Source: Gemmatimonadota bacterium
Lineage (GTDB): Bacteria; Gemmatimonadota; Gemmatimonadetes; Palauibacterales; Palauibacteraceae
DNA length: 64,000 bases
Direction: 5' to 3'
NCBI GenBank assembly: GCA_039588275.1
Contig: JBDHAC010000001.1
Location: 13,203 to 77,202 of the forward strand
Every line of letters begins with the position of its first letter. Position 1 is the first letter of the stretch. Positions 52,096 through 61,427 of the stretch are shown piece by piece. The translations under genes were made by a program, and so were the position numbers. The notes beneath the pieces were generated by a model that did no database searches, had not been told where the DNA came from, and saw only the letters and a list, made by a program, of their open reading frames with translations.

Positions 52096-53709
52096 TCAGT
52101 CACCGCGAGGGCGCACGTGCAGGTGCATGATCTTGCTGGAGCGGGTGATGAGTGGGGCGCTGCGCTCGACCCGGACATCCACCGAGCTCCGCAGGTGCCG
52201 CTCCATCATGCGGTGCACCGGAGATCCGATTCCGAGACCCGAGATGAGCGCCTCCGCTACCTCTCCGCCGGGTACCGGTCCCACGTGCGGGTGGATGCGG
52301 AGCACCAGCAGCGAGTCGCCGCGCTCGGACTCCTCCTCGACGAGTTGGTAGTCGGTCGGGCTACCCCCGAAGCGCTCGGGCAGCGTCTCCTCGAGTAGCT
52401 TTGTGATCGCCGTGTCGTCGAAGGTGACACCGCCCGCCGTCAGTTTCTCGAAGCTCCGCACGTGGCTGATGCGCGGCTGCCACCCGAGGCTCTCCAACGG
52501 GCAGCCGCAGGACTCCCGATCGACATTCGCCTGATCGCCCATCGAGAAATTGAGCATCTGAAACGGGGCAGCCGGGTGAAGCGCGGTGAGGAGTATGGCG
52601 TTCTCCGGCAGTCCTGTCTCGGCACCGTACCGCCCGGCCTGGATGATGGCGTGGAGGTCCCGAACCAGGTGCATGTGATCCGCGAACTCCGGGTTTCGGC
52701 ACGCGTACGCGATGGGACCTGCCTCGATCGTCCCGTACCGCGGAAGCGGTTCGATTCCCGCCGACCGGATCGTCGCCACGCGCGCCTCGGTGATGGGCTC
52801 TCCCGCCAGCGTCGCATGCGACCCCGTCAGATCGATCCCGGCCTCACGCGCGGCCGTCGCGAGGCGTACAACCGAGCTGGAGAACGAGAACCAGTGAGGC
52901 TCGGCACCCGCGTCCAGCACCGAACGCGCCCAGCGCGCGAGCGGGAGCGGGTCTTCCGGGCTGGCGAACACGGGCCTCGGCACCCGCACGCCGGCCAGGG
53001 ACCCTCCCCACCGAAGCGCGCGATCGCTCCACCGGAACACCGGATCCAGCCCGTCCGACGGGTGCACCTGCGTGAACCACGCGGCCGGCCGGTCGCCGAA
53101 CGAGGAGTACTTGAGCAAACGAAAGCGCGAGCCGGCTCCCGGGGTCTCCCAGGTCGCCTTGACCCAGCGACTACCTCCGTGTGCGTCCAGGTACAGGGCG
53201 CACGCGACGGCACAGGCGCGGATGTACGCGAGATCCATGAGAAACGGAGCGGCGCGGCTGCGACTCCCCCCGCTCCTGGCGGCGACGTGGAAGGCAGCGA
53301 GCGGGTTCCGGAGCGACGCGGGCTCGATATCGAGCCGGAGCGACCCGCGCACCAGGGGTGTGCGCCCCTTGAACTCATCGCTCGTCATATACACGCCCGC
53401 TTCGAACAGGCGCTGAAGCGCTCCCTCGAGACCCTCCCGCAGCATCAGTTCGCGCAGGTCATGGAACGACACGCCCGCGTGCTCGAAGAGCTTCGCCAGG
53501 ACACTGGATGGCCGGTCGAAGACGGCCTGCTCGACGAAGTGGAGGAACCTGGACTCCCGTTCCCTCAGTCGGGCGGCGTGGATCGTACGGGCTTCCTCGA
53601 GCGTGAACTGGCGTCGCAAGAACTCCGGAACGCGAATCAGGAAGCGGGCACCGATGAGGAGCCCGCGGGGGTTAGCGAGGGGTCTGCGGTCGAGTGGCGT
53701 GCCTTCCAT
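52096..53709 (-). CDS. PaaK/CapK/F390-synthetase-like adenylate-forming enzyme, divergent (paralogue 2)
   Basis: ORF of 537 aa, collinear with 36488..38113 along its whole length. Shared strings include PLANPRGL, RLRERESRF, PLAAFHVAARSGGSRS, TWETPGAGSRFRLLK, DPVFRWS, GEPIT, DHMH.VRDLHA.IQAG, VRSFEKLTAGGVTF, PTDYQLVE and VRVER.AP..TRSSKI.HLH. Confidence 0.6.
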   Translation of the reverse strand: MEGTPLDRRPLANPRGLLIGARFLIRVPEFLRRQFTLEEARTIHAARLRERESRFLHFVEQAVFDRPSSVLAKLFEHAGVSFHDLRELMLREGLEGALQRLFEAGVYMTSDEFKGRTPLVRGSLRLDIEPASLRNPLAAFHVAARSGGSRSRAAPFLMDLAYIRACAVACALYLDAHGGSRWVKATWETPGAGSRFRLLKYSSFGDRPAAWFTQVHPSDGLDPVFRWSDRALRWGGSLAGVRVPRPVFASPEDPLPLARWARSVLDAGAEPHWFSFSSSVVRLATAAREAGIDLTGSHATLAGEPITEARVATIRSAGIEPLPRYGTIEAGPIAYACRNPEFADHMHLVRDLHAIIQAGRYGAETGLPENAILLTALHPAAPFQMLNFSMGDQANVDRESCGCPLESLGWQPRISHVRSFEKLTAGGVTFDDTAITKLLEETLPERFGGSPTDYQLVEEESERGDSLLVLRIHPHVGPVPGGEVAEALISGLGIGSPVHRMMERHLRSSVDVRVERSAPLITRSSKIMHLHVRPRGD

Positions 53710-53795
53710 GCGGGGTCAGCCACGCAGGACCGAGGCCAAGAGCGCGCTCGGTAGTCCCGCGGCGCCCCGAGGACTGCTCCGTCGCCGAGCTCGGC

Positions 53796-54479
53796 TCAGC
53801 GGTCTCCCCGGGCGGCCCGCTCGGACAGGTCGCTCGCGAGTTGGTCTACCCGCCTGCGGCTCCGGTTCGCGAGCCACGTCCATACGGCTCGTCCGGCGCC
53901 GAAACCGGCCGCCGCTCCCGTGCCGATGATTGCCGCGATGGGTAATGCCGCGATCCCGATCGACCCGCCGACGCCGATCCCGAGAAGCACTCCCCACAAG
54001 GTGGGGATGGCGTGCAGCATCGGACGCAGCCGGTCCTCGTAACGTTCGTGAACCGTGATCGTCGTATCGGTCGACGCGGCGATCGAGACCTGGGTCGTCA
54101 GCAATCGGTCCGCGGACGTCCAGCGGACGGTATCGAGCGCCTCGGTTACCGTTCCCGGCTTCCCCACCGCGTCCTCCACGTGCCGGACCAGCTCGCTCAG
54201 CTCCTCGCGAGAGATCTCCGCCGTCACCGCACGGATCGCCTTTTGGGACGGGGAAGGACCGGTCAGCGCCGTACCCTTGGCGACCCCACGCGAGTGCAGC
54301 TCCGCGACGGCTCGTGCCAGCGACTCGGGCCGGATCCCGACCTCCGCCGCGACATCCTCCAGATCGCGAAGCGTGAGCCCCCGGGCCTCGGCCGGCACCC
54401 CGCTCCGCGCCTCGATCTCGGCCGCGCGCTGAAGGACCAGCGAGACTTCCTGTTCGGAGAATCGGTGCTCGGTCTCCAT
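53796..54479 (-). CDS. Hypothetical membrane protein (soluble N-terminal domain + Gly-rich TM hairpin)
   Basis: ORF of 227 aa. The N-terminus is helical (FSEQEVSLVLQRAAEIE..LTLRDLEDVAAEVGIRPESLARAVAEL). The C-terminus has LWGVLLGIGVGGSIGIAALPIAAIIGTGAAAGFGAG followed by a basic tail. Confidence 0.55.
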   Translation of the reverse strand: METEHRFSEQEVSLVLQRAAEIEARSGVPAEARGLTLRDLEDVAAEVGIRPESLARAVAELHSRGVAKGTALTGPSPSQKAIRAVTAEISREELSELVRHVEDAVGKPGTVTEALDTVRWTSADRLLTTQVSIAASTDTTITVHERYEDRLRPMLHAIPTLWGVLLGIGVGGSIGIAALPIAAIIGTGAAAGFGAGRAVWTWLANRSRRRVDQLASDLSERAARGDR

Positions 54480-54690
54480 GTGCTCTTACAGGCTCACCAG
54501 ACGAGAGGTCGACCGCGGTCTGACAGTGCCCCCGCAAGCTATCCCGGCATCTTCACCCGCCCAACCCCGCCGGGTGCCTTGACTTCCCGATCTGCTCGGG
54601 CCCTAGTGGCCCTGGTGTGAGGTCCGCCACGTCACAGGAAGGGTGTGCGACGACGTCGCGGCTCCATGAATCGAAAGGGTCGGTCGATCG

Positions 54691-55731
54691 ATGAGATACA
54701 GGCTGCTGGGTCGAAGCGGGCTGCGAGTGTCGGAGCTCGCCCTCGGCACCATGACGTTCGGCACCGAGTGGGGATTCGGCGTCGACAAGAAGGAGAGCCG
54801 TCGGATGTTCGACGCGTTCGCCGAGGCTGGCGGCAACTTCCTCGACACGGCGAACGTGTACACGGAGGGGACCAGCGAGGAGTACCTCGGCGACTTCATC
54901 GCTGCGGACCGTGAACACTGGGTCGTGGCGACCAAGTATACGATGTCCACTCGTGCGGGAGACCCGAGCTTCAGCGGAAACCACCGCAAGAACCTGGTGC
55001 AGGCGGTCGAGGCGAGCCTGCGGCGCCTCAACACCGACCGCATCGATCTCTACTGGGTGCACGCGTGGGACCAGCTGACGCCGGTCGACGAGGTGATGCG
55101 GGGGCTGGATGATCTCGTTCGTCAAGGGAAAGTCGTGTACGTCGGGGTCTCGGATACACCGGCGTGGGAGGTGTCGAGGGCAAACATGCTGGCCGATCTG
55201 AGAGGCTGGGCGCCGTTCGTGGCGCTGCAGCTCCGCTACAGCCTCATCGACCGCACAGCCGAGCGCGATCTGCTCCCCATGGCACGCACGCTGGACCTGG
55301 CGGTCACGCCGTGGAGCGTGCTCGGGGCCGGCGTGCTGAGCGGCAAGTACAACCGCAAGACGAAGCCGGAGGTGGGGAGAGCGAAGGAGGGAGCCGCGAC
55401 CATTCCGCGCAACCTGGAGATCGCCGCGGAGGTGATCGCGGTCGCGGAGGACCTGGGGTGTGCGCCGACGCAGGTCGCCATCTCCTGGGCGCAGCAGCAA
55501 CCCGGCGTGATCGTTCCCCTCGTGGGTGCTCGCAACCTCGAACAGTTGGAAGAGAATCTGGGCGCGCTCGACGTGACCCTCGGCGATGAGCAGCTGGCCC
55601 GCCTGAACGAGGCCAGCGCGATCGAGCTCGGCTTCCCGCACGACTTCATCGGTCGCAACGCCGGGGCACTCGACTACATCTATGGCGGCGCGCTCGACCA
55701 GATCGATGTGCACCGTGGAGAGCTCGCATAG
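54691..55731 (+). CDS. Aldo/keto reductase
   Basis: ORF of 346 aa. It has the pattern MRYRLLGRSGLRVSELALGTMTFG...FLDTANVY..G.SEE.LG...DLYWVHAWD. Confidence 0.85.
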   Translation: MRYRLLGRSGLRVSELALGTMTFGTEWGFGVDKKESRRMFDAFAEAGGNFLDTANVYTEGTSEEYLGDFIAADREHWVVATKYTMSTRAGDPSFSGNHRKNLVQAVEASLRRLNTDRIDLYWVHAWDQLTPVDEVMRGLDDLVRQGKVVYVGVSDTPAWEVSRANMLADLRGWAPFVALQLRYSLIDRTAERDLLPMARTLDLAVTPWSVLGAGVLSGKYNRKTKPEVGRAKEGAATIPRNLEIAAEVIAVAEDLGCAPTQVAISWAQQQPGVIVPLVGARNLEQLEENLGALDVTLGDEQLARLNEASAIELGFPHDFIGRNAGALDYIYGGALDQIDVHRGELA

Positions 55732-55862
55732 CGACAGCCCGGATGGCGCTCTTGCAGGGCCACACAGCTCCCCATCGCGGCCGGCGGACCCGCGAGGGGT
55801 GCGGGGGCCCCGGCGCGCGCGTCTGCGGGTAAACCTTCCGCGCCCTTCCGGCCACTAACCAC

Positions 55863-56429
55863 GTGGATATGGAAAGCGCGACCGATCGTGCCTCCGGGCA
55901 CGACGCCACGGAAACGGACCTCCTGGTAGAGCGGGCCAAGCGGCGCGACCACGTCGCCTTCGAAGCTCTCTACCGGGCGCACTATCGACGTGTGTACGCG
56001 CTGACGCTGCGCATGACGTGCGACGTCTCCCGTGCCGAGGAGCTCACGCAGGAGGTGTTCGTCCGCGCTTGGGAGGCACTGCCCGGCTTTCGCGCCGAAA
56101 GCAACCTCGGAACGTGGCTCCACACCGTGGCGGTCCGGACCTGCTTGAACGCGAGCCGAGCGACGCGGCGCCGAGAGGCGCGATTCCACAACTCGCGTGA
56201 CATCGATGGCTACGCCTTCGGGGCCAAGCGGGCCATGCCCGAGACCAACGTGGATCTCGAGAGGGCGCTTGCCGGACTACCGCCTCGCACGCGCGAGGTG
56301 GCCGTCCTGTTCGATATCTACGGCTATCGACACCAGGAAATCGCCCGGATGCTCGGGATCGCGGAGGGGACGTCCAAGGCGCAGCTGCACAAGGCGCACC
56401 GGTTGATGCGAGAAACACTGGGTGGATGA
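55863..56429 (+). CDS. ECF-type RNA polymerase sigma-70 factor
   Basis: ORF of 188 aa (GTG 55863 or ATG 55869). Region 2 is FEALYRAHYRRVYALTLRMT.D...AEELTQEVFVRAW. Region 4 is REVAVLFDIYGYRHQEIARMLGIAEGTSKAQLHKA. Confidence 0.85.
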   Translation: MDMESATDRASGHDATETDLLVERAKRRDHVAFEALYRAHYRRVYALTLRMTCDVSRAEELTQEVFVRAWEALPGFRAESNLGTWLHTVAVRTCLNASRATRRREARFHNSRDIDGYAFGAKRAMPETNVDLERALAGLPPRTREVAVLFDIYGYRHQEIARMLGIAEGTSKAQLHKAHRLMRETLGG

Positions 56430-56474
56430 CGGTGCCGCCGACGAACGGATTCGATCGATGACGGGGGATTCGAG

Positions 56475-56981
56475 ATGATGGGTATCGACAACGATCGCGA
56501 GCTGTCGGAACAGCTCGGGCGGCTCCCCAGGGAAGCGGAGCCCGAACGTGACTTGTGGCCCGGCGTGGCCGCCGGGCTGCGGGGCGATCCGAGCCTCGGC
56601 TTCCGCTCACGCCCCCGCCTGTGGACCCCCTTGGTCCAGGCGGCGGCGGCGGCGGTGGTGCTGTTCGCGACCGGGCTGGCCAGCGGTCTCGCGATCGGGG
56701 CGACGCGCGCGGGCGGAGAGCCGGGTTCGGTAAGCACCGCGATGGAACTGGCCGCCGCAGTCCAGCGAACGGGAACCGAATACGTGGCGGCGCTGGCCGC
56801 ATTCAACGCGATCGTGGATTCGCTTTCCGTGGACGCACGAGTACAGGGACGCGACGCGGCGCTGGCGGCGCTGTACGGGGCGGCGCAGGAGGTGGCCCTG
56901 CTGGAGGTCGCTTCCAGAGATCAAGTGGAGTTGCCGGTCGGGTCCGAGGATCCGGAAGAGCTCCCAACGGTGAGGTTCTGA
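56475..56981 (+). CDS. Putative anti-sigma factor (single-pass membrane protein)
   Basis: ORF of 168 aa immediately downstream of the ECF sigma gene. One TM helix is present (LVQAAAAAVVLFATGLASGLAIG). I saw no ZAS HxxxCxxC motif, so the assignment rests on position and topology. Confidence 0.5.
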   Translation: MMGIDNDRELSEQLGRLPREAEPERDLWPGVAAGLRGDPSLGFRSRPRLWTPLVQAAAAAVVLFATGLASGLAIGATRAGGEPGSVSTAMELAAAVQRTGTEYVAALAAFNAIVDSLSVDARVQGRDAALAALYGAAQEVALLEVASRDQVELPVGSEDPEELPTVRF

Positions 56982-57997
56982 TGGGTGAGATACGAAGCCG
57001 CGATGCCTGGAGGTATGCGCTCGCGGTCGTGATCGTCCTGTGGATGTCGGCCCTCGCCGCACCCTCGGTGGCGCGAGCCCAGGAGTGCTCACACGGGCAC
57101 CCGCCCTTCGGCTCTCTGGGAATCGGTGAGTTTCGCTGCGTGGGTGGGTCCTGCTCGATCAACGCGGCGGGCGGCGATCCATACGTCCACACGTTCTCCA
57201 CCGAGCCCCGGGTCCGCGACATCGATCCGAGCGGACCCGCGGCGGGCCTACTGGTGGAGGACGACGTGATCGAGGCCGTAGACGGGGTGCTCGTCACCAC
57301 GGCGGAGGGGGGACGACGCCTCGGAAGCCTGCAGCCGGGCGAGCGCGTCCGCCTGACCATACGCCGTCAGGGGCGGGAAATGGAGGTGGACCTGATTCCC
57401 GAGAGGAGCTGCGACCTGCCCGCTCTCGAGGTGTCGGTGGATTCGCGGTATGCGTTCGGGCGTGCCTCGACCGCCTACCGGGGTTTCTTGTTCGCAGACA
57501 GCGCGCGGGGGTTCGGGGCCCGGCTCACGTATGCCCCCGACTCCACCCTCGCGCTCAGGGGCAGGCTCAGCCTCACGGGCGACTCGACGTCCAGACTCGT
57601 CTACAGTTACGGCGTTGGCGCCCAGGACCGGGCGCCGTTCTCGACCCTGTTCCGTGGCTGGCAGCTCGAGGCGCGACCATCGGTCGAGCTGGGGGTCGAG
57701 CTCACATGTGGCGAGTGCGGCTGGCAACAGCTCGGATCCACGTGGTCGTTCCACACGCAGGAGTTCCCCGTGGTCCGATCCGTCGAGCGGGACGGGCCGG
57801 CCGATGAGGCGGGGTTGGGAATCGGTGACGTCATCCTCACCGTAGGGGGTGCGGCGATTACCTCGAAAGACGCGGCTCGCCTCCTAGGTGCTCTCGAGGC
57901 GGGGGAACCGGTACAGTTGGAGGTCCGGCGCGGAGACACGATCGTCGCCGTTCGGTTGACGCCGCGCGCCGCGGGTGAGCGGCGTCAGCGCATGTAG
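56981..57997 (+). CDS. Secreted protein with two PDZ-like domains, no protease domain seen
   Basis: 3' part of ORF 56555..57997. ATG 56981 overlaps the upstream TGA by 1 nt. It has a signal peptide, and the PDZ-like stretches are GLLVEDDVIEAVDGVLV and GLGIGDVILTVGGAAI. Confidence 0.65.
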   Translation: MGEIRSRDAWRYALAVVIVLWMSALAAPSVARAQECSHGHPPFGSLGIGEFRCVGGSCSINAAGGDPYVHTFSTEPRVRDIDPSGPAAGLLVEDDVIEAVDGVLVTTAEGGRRLGSLQPGERVRLTIRRQGREMEVDLIPERSCDLPALEVSVDSRYAFGRASTAYRGFLFADSARGFGARLTYAPDSTLALRGRLSLTGDSTSRLVYSYGVGAQDRAPFSTLFRGWQLEARPSVELGVELTCGECGWQQLGSTWSFHTQEFPVVRSVERDGPADEAGLGIGDVILTVGGAAITSKDAARLLGALEAGEPVQLEVRRGDTIVAVRLTPRAAGERRQRM

Positions 57998-58114
57998 CCC
58001 AACGGCACGAGAGGTCAACGCAGAAACTCGAAGGGTCCCGCCTTTCAAGCGAAGCCCTTCCGCGCTTTCCGTTTGCCAGAGCGTCGGCACGAAGATTTCG
58101 AAGGCGGTCTGTAT

Positions 58115-58636
58115 TCAGACGCAGTCTTCTGTCTCGGTCTGCTCGACGAACTCGAGCTCTGCGACGGGGCGCGGCACCGTGACCGCCGTCGCGGGAGCCG
58201 TGAAAGCCTGGATCGTGATGCAGCCGGCGCCTGGCGAGGTCTCCACCACGACCACCCGGAGACGATCTCGCGTGCGCGTGACGTCTTTTATCCGAATGGC
58301 GTAGCCCCCGGTGGGCTTCCGCCCCATCGTCGCCGCGATGACGACGTGGCTGTCGAAGTCCACGGATGGAGCGTCGGGTGTCGGAGCGATGTTGGCGTGG
58401 AGCTCTGCCCAAAAGTCGGTCCATTGCTCCGGCTCGTCGATCAGGAGCCGCCGCCGATCCGGGATCCCGCTCATGAAGCTGCGCACCTCCTCGACGGGGT
58501 CGAAAGCGACGGGCTCGCCCTCCGCCCGGACCTCCTGCGGCTCCTCGGGCTGCTCGACTCCGTTCGCGCTCACGCAGCCGCCCCCTCCCAGACAGACGAC
58601 CAGCAAACAAAGAACCGGTCCACGCATCCTCTGCAT
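58115..58636 (-). CDS. PrcB-family (protease complex subunit PrcB C-terminal domain-like) lipoprotein
   Basis: 3' part of ORF 58115..58747. ATG 58636 has GGGAGGT upstream. The lipobox is LCLLVVCLGGGGC|V. The block VVIAATMGRKPTGGYAIRIKDV..VVVVETSPG resembles PrcB_C (recollection). Confidence 0.6.
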   Translation of the reverse strand: MQRMRGPVLCLLVVCLGGGGCVSANGVEQPEEPQEVRAEGEPVAFDPVEEVRSFMSGIPDRRRLLIDEPEQWTDFWAELHANIAPTPDAPSVDFDSHVVIAATMGRKPTGGYAIRIKDVTRTRDRLRVVVVETSPGAGCITIQAFTAPATAVTVPRPVAELEFVEQTETEDCV

Positions 58637-58852
58637 TGTGACCTCCCAGAGACCTCCCAAGGTACCGCGCATGCTACCCTCGTTCCGGCTGCAGGAGCCG
58701 CGGCGTGCCCCGATACATCGGTTCCACCAATACATCGGCTCCGCCAAGCGTGCAGGGGGAGGCCGCCCTTGCCACCTCCCCCTGACTGTCGCGAGCCGCC
58801 GGTCGCCCGGCGCTCGTCCGTACGGTTGCGGCGGTCGTGCTACAGGCAGCCG

Positions 58853-60274
58853 CTAGTTGACCGTCTTGTCCACGTTTATGCGGCCTTTGCCGTAATACGG
58901 ATCGTTGCCCTTCTTGCCGAGGTCGTCGGCACCTTGCTGAATCTTCGTCTTGACCCGTCCGGGACGGCGGCCGACGTCCTCGACCACGAGCGCGGCGAGG
59001 CCGGAGACGTGAGGAGCGGCCTGCGATGTGCCGGCGACGCCCAGAATGAAGATACCGGTCTGGCAGTCCGGGATGAGGAGGCTGGACGTGGAGCACGCGC
59101 TCCAGACCAAGCTCCACGGGAAGGAAGCGCCGGTTCCGCCAGGCGCGGCCACGTTGATGGCGGAGTTCCCGAAGTTGGTGTAGGAAGCCGGCGCGTCCAC
59201 ATTCGTCCACGGACCGTTCACGCTGGCGGCGGCCGTCGGCCCCGTCGCCGATACGCAGATGACAGCCGGCGTGTCGCAGTAGGTCGCGTACTCGTTGCCG
59301 TTGTGGTCCAGATCGGCGGCGTCGTTGCCGGCCGAGACAACGATCGTCATGCCCTGGTTCTTGGCGTAGTTGAAGGTGCGGTTGATGAAGCCGACGAGCC
59401 CTTTGCTCCCCGCCTTGGTGAACGCTCCGCCGAGGCTCATGTTGGCCACATCGGCCCCGTTGTCCGCCGCGTGCAGTATGCCCGCGATGACGGCGCCGAA
59501 CGGGCAGGTGCCCAACACGCTACAGACCTTGACGCCCATGAGCGTCGTCTGCGTCGTGACCCCCGCGAGGATGTCGGAGTTGCTGGAAGCGATCATCGCG
59601 ACGTGTGTACCGTGGAAGTGAAGATCCGTCACGGGGTGCCGAGCCGGGAAGAAGAGGCCCACCAGGAAGTCGTCGAACGGCACGAAGGACACCGAGCGCG
59701 ACAGATCCACGTGGCTGGCCAAGTCCGGGTACAGATAGTCGATGCCGGTGTCCAGGATGGCGATCGTGACGCCCGGGGAGCCCAGACGCCCCCTCGCCCA
59801 CGCCATGTCGGCCTCGATGGCGCGCATGTTCCACTGCCTTGCGTAGCGGGAGGCGGTGGTCGGATCGTCCGGGCTGGCGATCGCGTCGGCGGACTCGATC
59901 GTGCTCTCATCGAACAGCGGATCCAGCTCGAAGATGGCATCCTGCTGGATGGCCTTCACGCTCTTGAGCGCGCCGAGCTCTGCCGCCGTCTCGGGCGTCA
60001 TCCCCCCCACCCAGGCGATGCCGATGTCGTGCTGAAACAACACGGTTCCACCGAGAGCCTCAACCTGCTCAGCGAAGTCGACCGCCCTGCCCTTCAGCTC
60101 CACGAGGTACTGATCGCTGACGTCGAGCCCGTCGCTCGACTGTACCGAGAACGACGGGGCCGGAACGTCCGCCGGAGCGTCTACCGGACCGGTTGGGATC
60201 TTGTCGCCCTGGCAGGCCGCCGACACCAGCCCGACGGAAACGCCCAGGAACGCAAGAAGTCGTCTCAAGCGCAT
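58853..60274 (-). CDS. S8-family subtilisin-like serine peptidase lipoprotein
   Basis: 3' part of ORF 58853..60499. ATG 60274 has GAGGAGG upstream. The lipobox is VGLVSAAC|Q. The catalytic triad contexts are AILDTGID (Asp), HFHGTHVA (His) and GTSQAAPHVSG (Ser). Confidence 0.85.
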   Translation of the reverse strand: MRLRRLLAFLGVSVGLVSAACQGDKIPTGPVDAPADVPAPSFSVQSSDGLDVSDQYLVELKGRAVDFAEQVEALGGTVLFQHDIGIAWVGGMTPETAAELGALKSVKAIQQDAIFELDPLFDESTIESADAIASPDDPTTASRYARQWNMRAIEADMAWARGRLGSPGVTIAILDTGIDYLYPDLASHVDLSRSVSFVPFDDFLVGLFFPARHPVTDLHFHGTHVAMIASSNSDILAGVTTQTTLMGVKVCSVLGTCPFGAVIAGILHAADNGADVANMSLGGAFTKAGSKGLVGFINRTFNYAKNQGMTIVVSAGNDAADLDHNGNEYATYCDTPAVICVSATGPTAAASVNGPWTNVDAPASYTNFGNSAINVAAPGGTGASFPWSLVWSACSTSSLLIPDCQTGIFILGVAGTSQAAPHVSGLAALVVEDVGRRPGRVKTKIQQGADDLGKKGNDPYYGKGRINVDKTVN

Positions 60275-60365
60275 ACTACCTCCTCGATGCTTGGGTGATA
60301 GCGGGGCATACCGCGCCCGCGCTCTGAAACTCCTTGATATGGTGCTCAGGACTGCTGGACATTCG

Positions 60366-60397
60366 CAGCGGTGGTTGACGGAACAGCGGTGGTTGAC
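60366..60397. promoter_or_regulatory. Perfect 14-bp direct repeat x2 (period 18) upstream of the S8 peptidase gene
   Basis: CAGCGGTGGTTGAC-ggaa-CAGCGGTGGTTGAC lies 92-123 nt upstream of ATG 60274, in the divergent intergenic region with the PPIase gene. Confidence 0.4.
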
Positions 60398-60644
60398 TAA
60401 CGGCCTCTTCGTCCAGATAACCGGCCAGTCGTACCCCCTGTGACAAGAGTACCCTTGGCGGGGAGTCCCCACGGCGCAAGAATGGCGCAGACACAACAAA
60501 CGGTGTGGTTACACCTCAACAGACTCCCGGCGGAAATGCAGGACGGAAGGCTCGTCCCTCCAGTGCGCGTTCGTGAACGTGGGTCTCGCCCGATGGAGCA
60601 TGACTGCGGTGAGTGCCATGGCGGTTGTCCGTGGCGATGGAAGA

Positions 60645-61427
60645 GTGAACGCTAGAGCCTTGGCCCACAGCGTACAGAATATCAATTCATCCCGGTCGCT
60701 TCGGGTCCGATCCCGCACCGTCCTGCTCCTCAGCACGTGCATCACTTCATGTGCACCGGGCGTCGACGACGACAGGGCGGCAGGAAACGGGCGATCCGCG
60801 GGGATCGCGTCGGCTGATTCGCTCCTACTCCGGCCGGAGAATCCAGTCTGGCGGGAGGCCGCTCCCGACTCTTTCAACGTCGCGTTCCAGACCAGCCGGG
60901 GTCTTTTCCTGGTCGAGGTGCGACGGAGCTGGGCGCCCGTAGGGGCGGACCGCTTCTACAACCTCGTGCGACACGGCTTCTTCGACGATTCGCGCTTCTA
61001 TCGGGTGGTGGAAGGCTTCATCGTGCAGTTCGGCTTGCCCGGCGACCCCGAGGTCACGGCAGTCTGGCTGGAGCGAACCATCGAGGACGACCCCGCTCGG
61101 GAGAGCAACCTGAAGGGTCGAATCGCGTACGCGATGACCGGACCCGACACCCGCGCGACGCAGGTCTACATCAACCTCATCGACAACGTTCGTCTGGATA
61201 CGGCGGGGTTCGCCCCGTTTGGTCAGGTCATCAAGGGGATGGAGGTCGTGGACGCTCTGTACGCCGGCTACGGCGAGAACGCCGGTGGAGGGATGAGACG
61301 CGGCGAGCAGGGCCGGATCATCGCGGAGGGGAACGCCCATCTGGACCGAGATTTTCCGCTGCTCGACCGAATTGTCTCGGCTCGGATCGTCCCTTTCCCC
61401 TGGCCGATCTTCTGGACGATTCGATAA
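60645..61427 (+). CDS. Cyclophilin-type peptidyl-prolyl cis-trans isomerase, probable lipoprotein (start uncertain)
   Basis: 3' part of ORF 60573..61427. Candidate starts are ATG 60618, GTG 60645 and TTG 60660. The signal-like sequence is RSRTVLLLSTCITSC. The core is FQTSRGLFLVEV...PV.ADRFYNLVRHGFFDDSRFYRVVEGFIVQFG...YAM.....T.ATQ.YINL. Confidence 0.8.
   Translation: MNARALAHSVQNINSSRSLRVRSRTVLLLSTCITSCAPGVDDDRAAGNGRSAGIASADSLLLRPENPVWREAAPDSFNVAFQTSRGLFLVEVRRSWAPVGADRFYNLVRHGFFDDSRFYRVVEGFIVQFGLPGDPEVTAVWLERTIEDDPARESNLKGRIAYAMTGPDTRATQVYINLIDNVRLDTAGFAPFGQVIKGMEVVDALYAGYGENAGGGMRRGEQGRIIAEGNAHLDRDFPLLDRIVSARIVPFPWPIFWTIR

Noticed and set aside
53716-54537. A 273-aa minus-strand ORF overlapping 53796..54479.
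   Set aside because: It is an alternative frame with an Arg/Gly-rich translation. The 227-aa frame gives a coherent soluble domain plus a Gly-zipper TM hairpin, and I preferred it.
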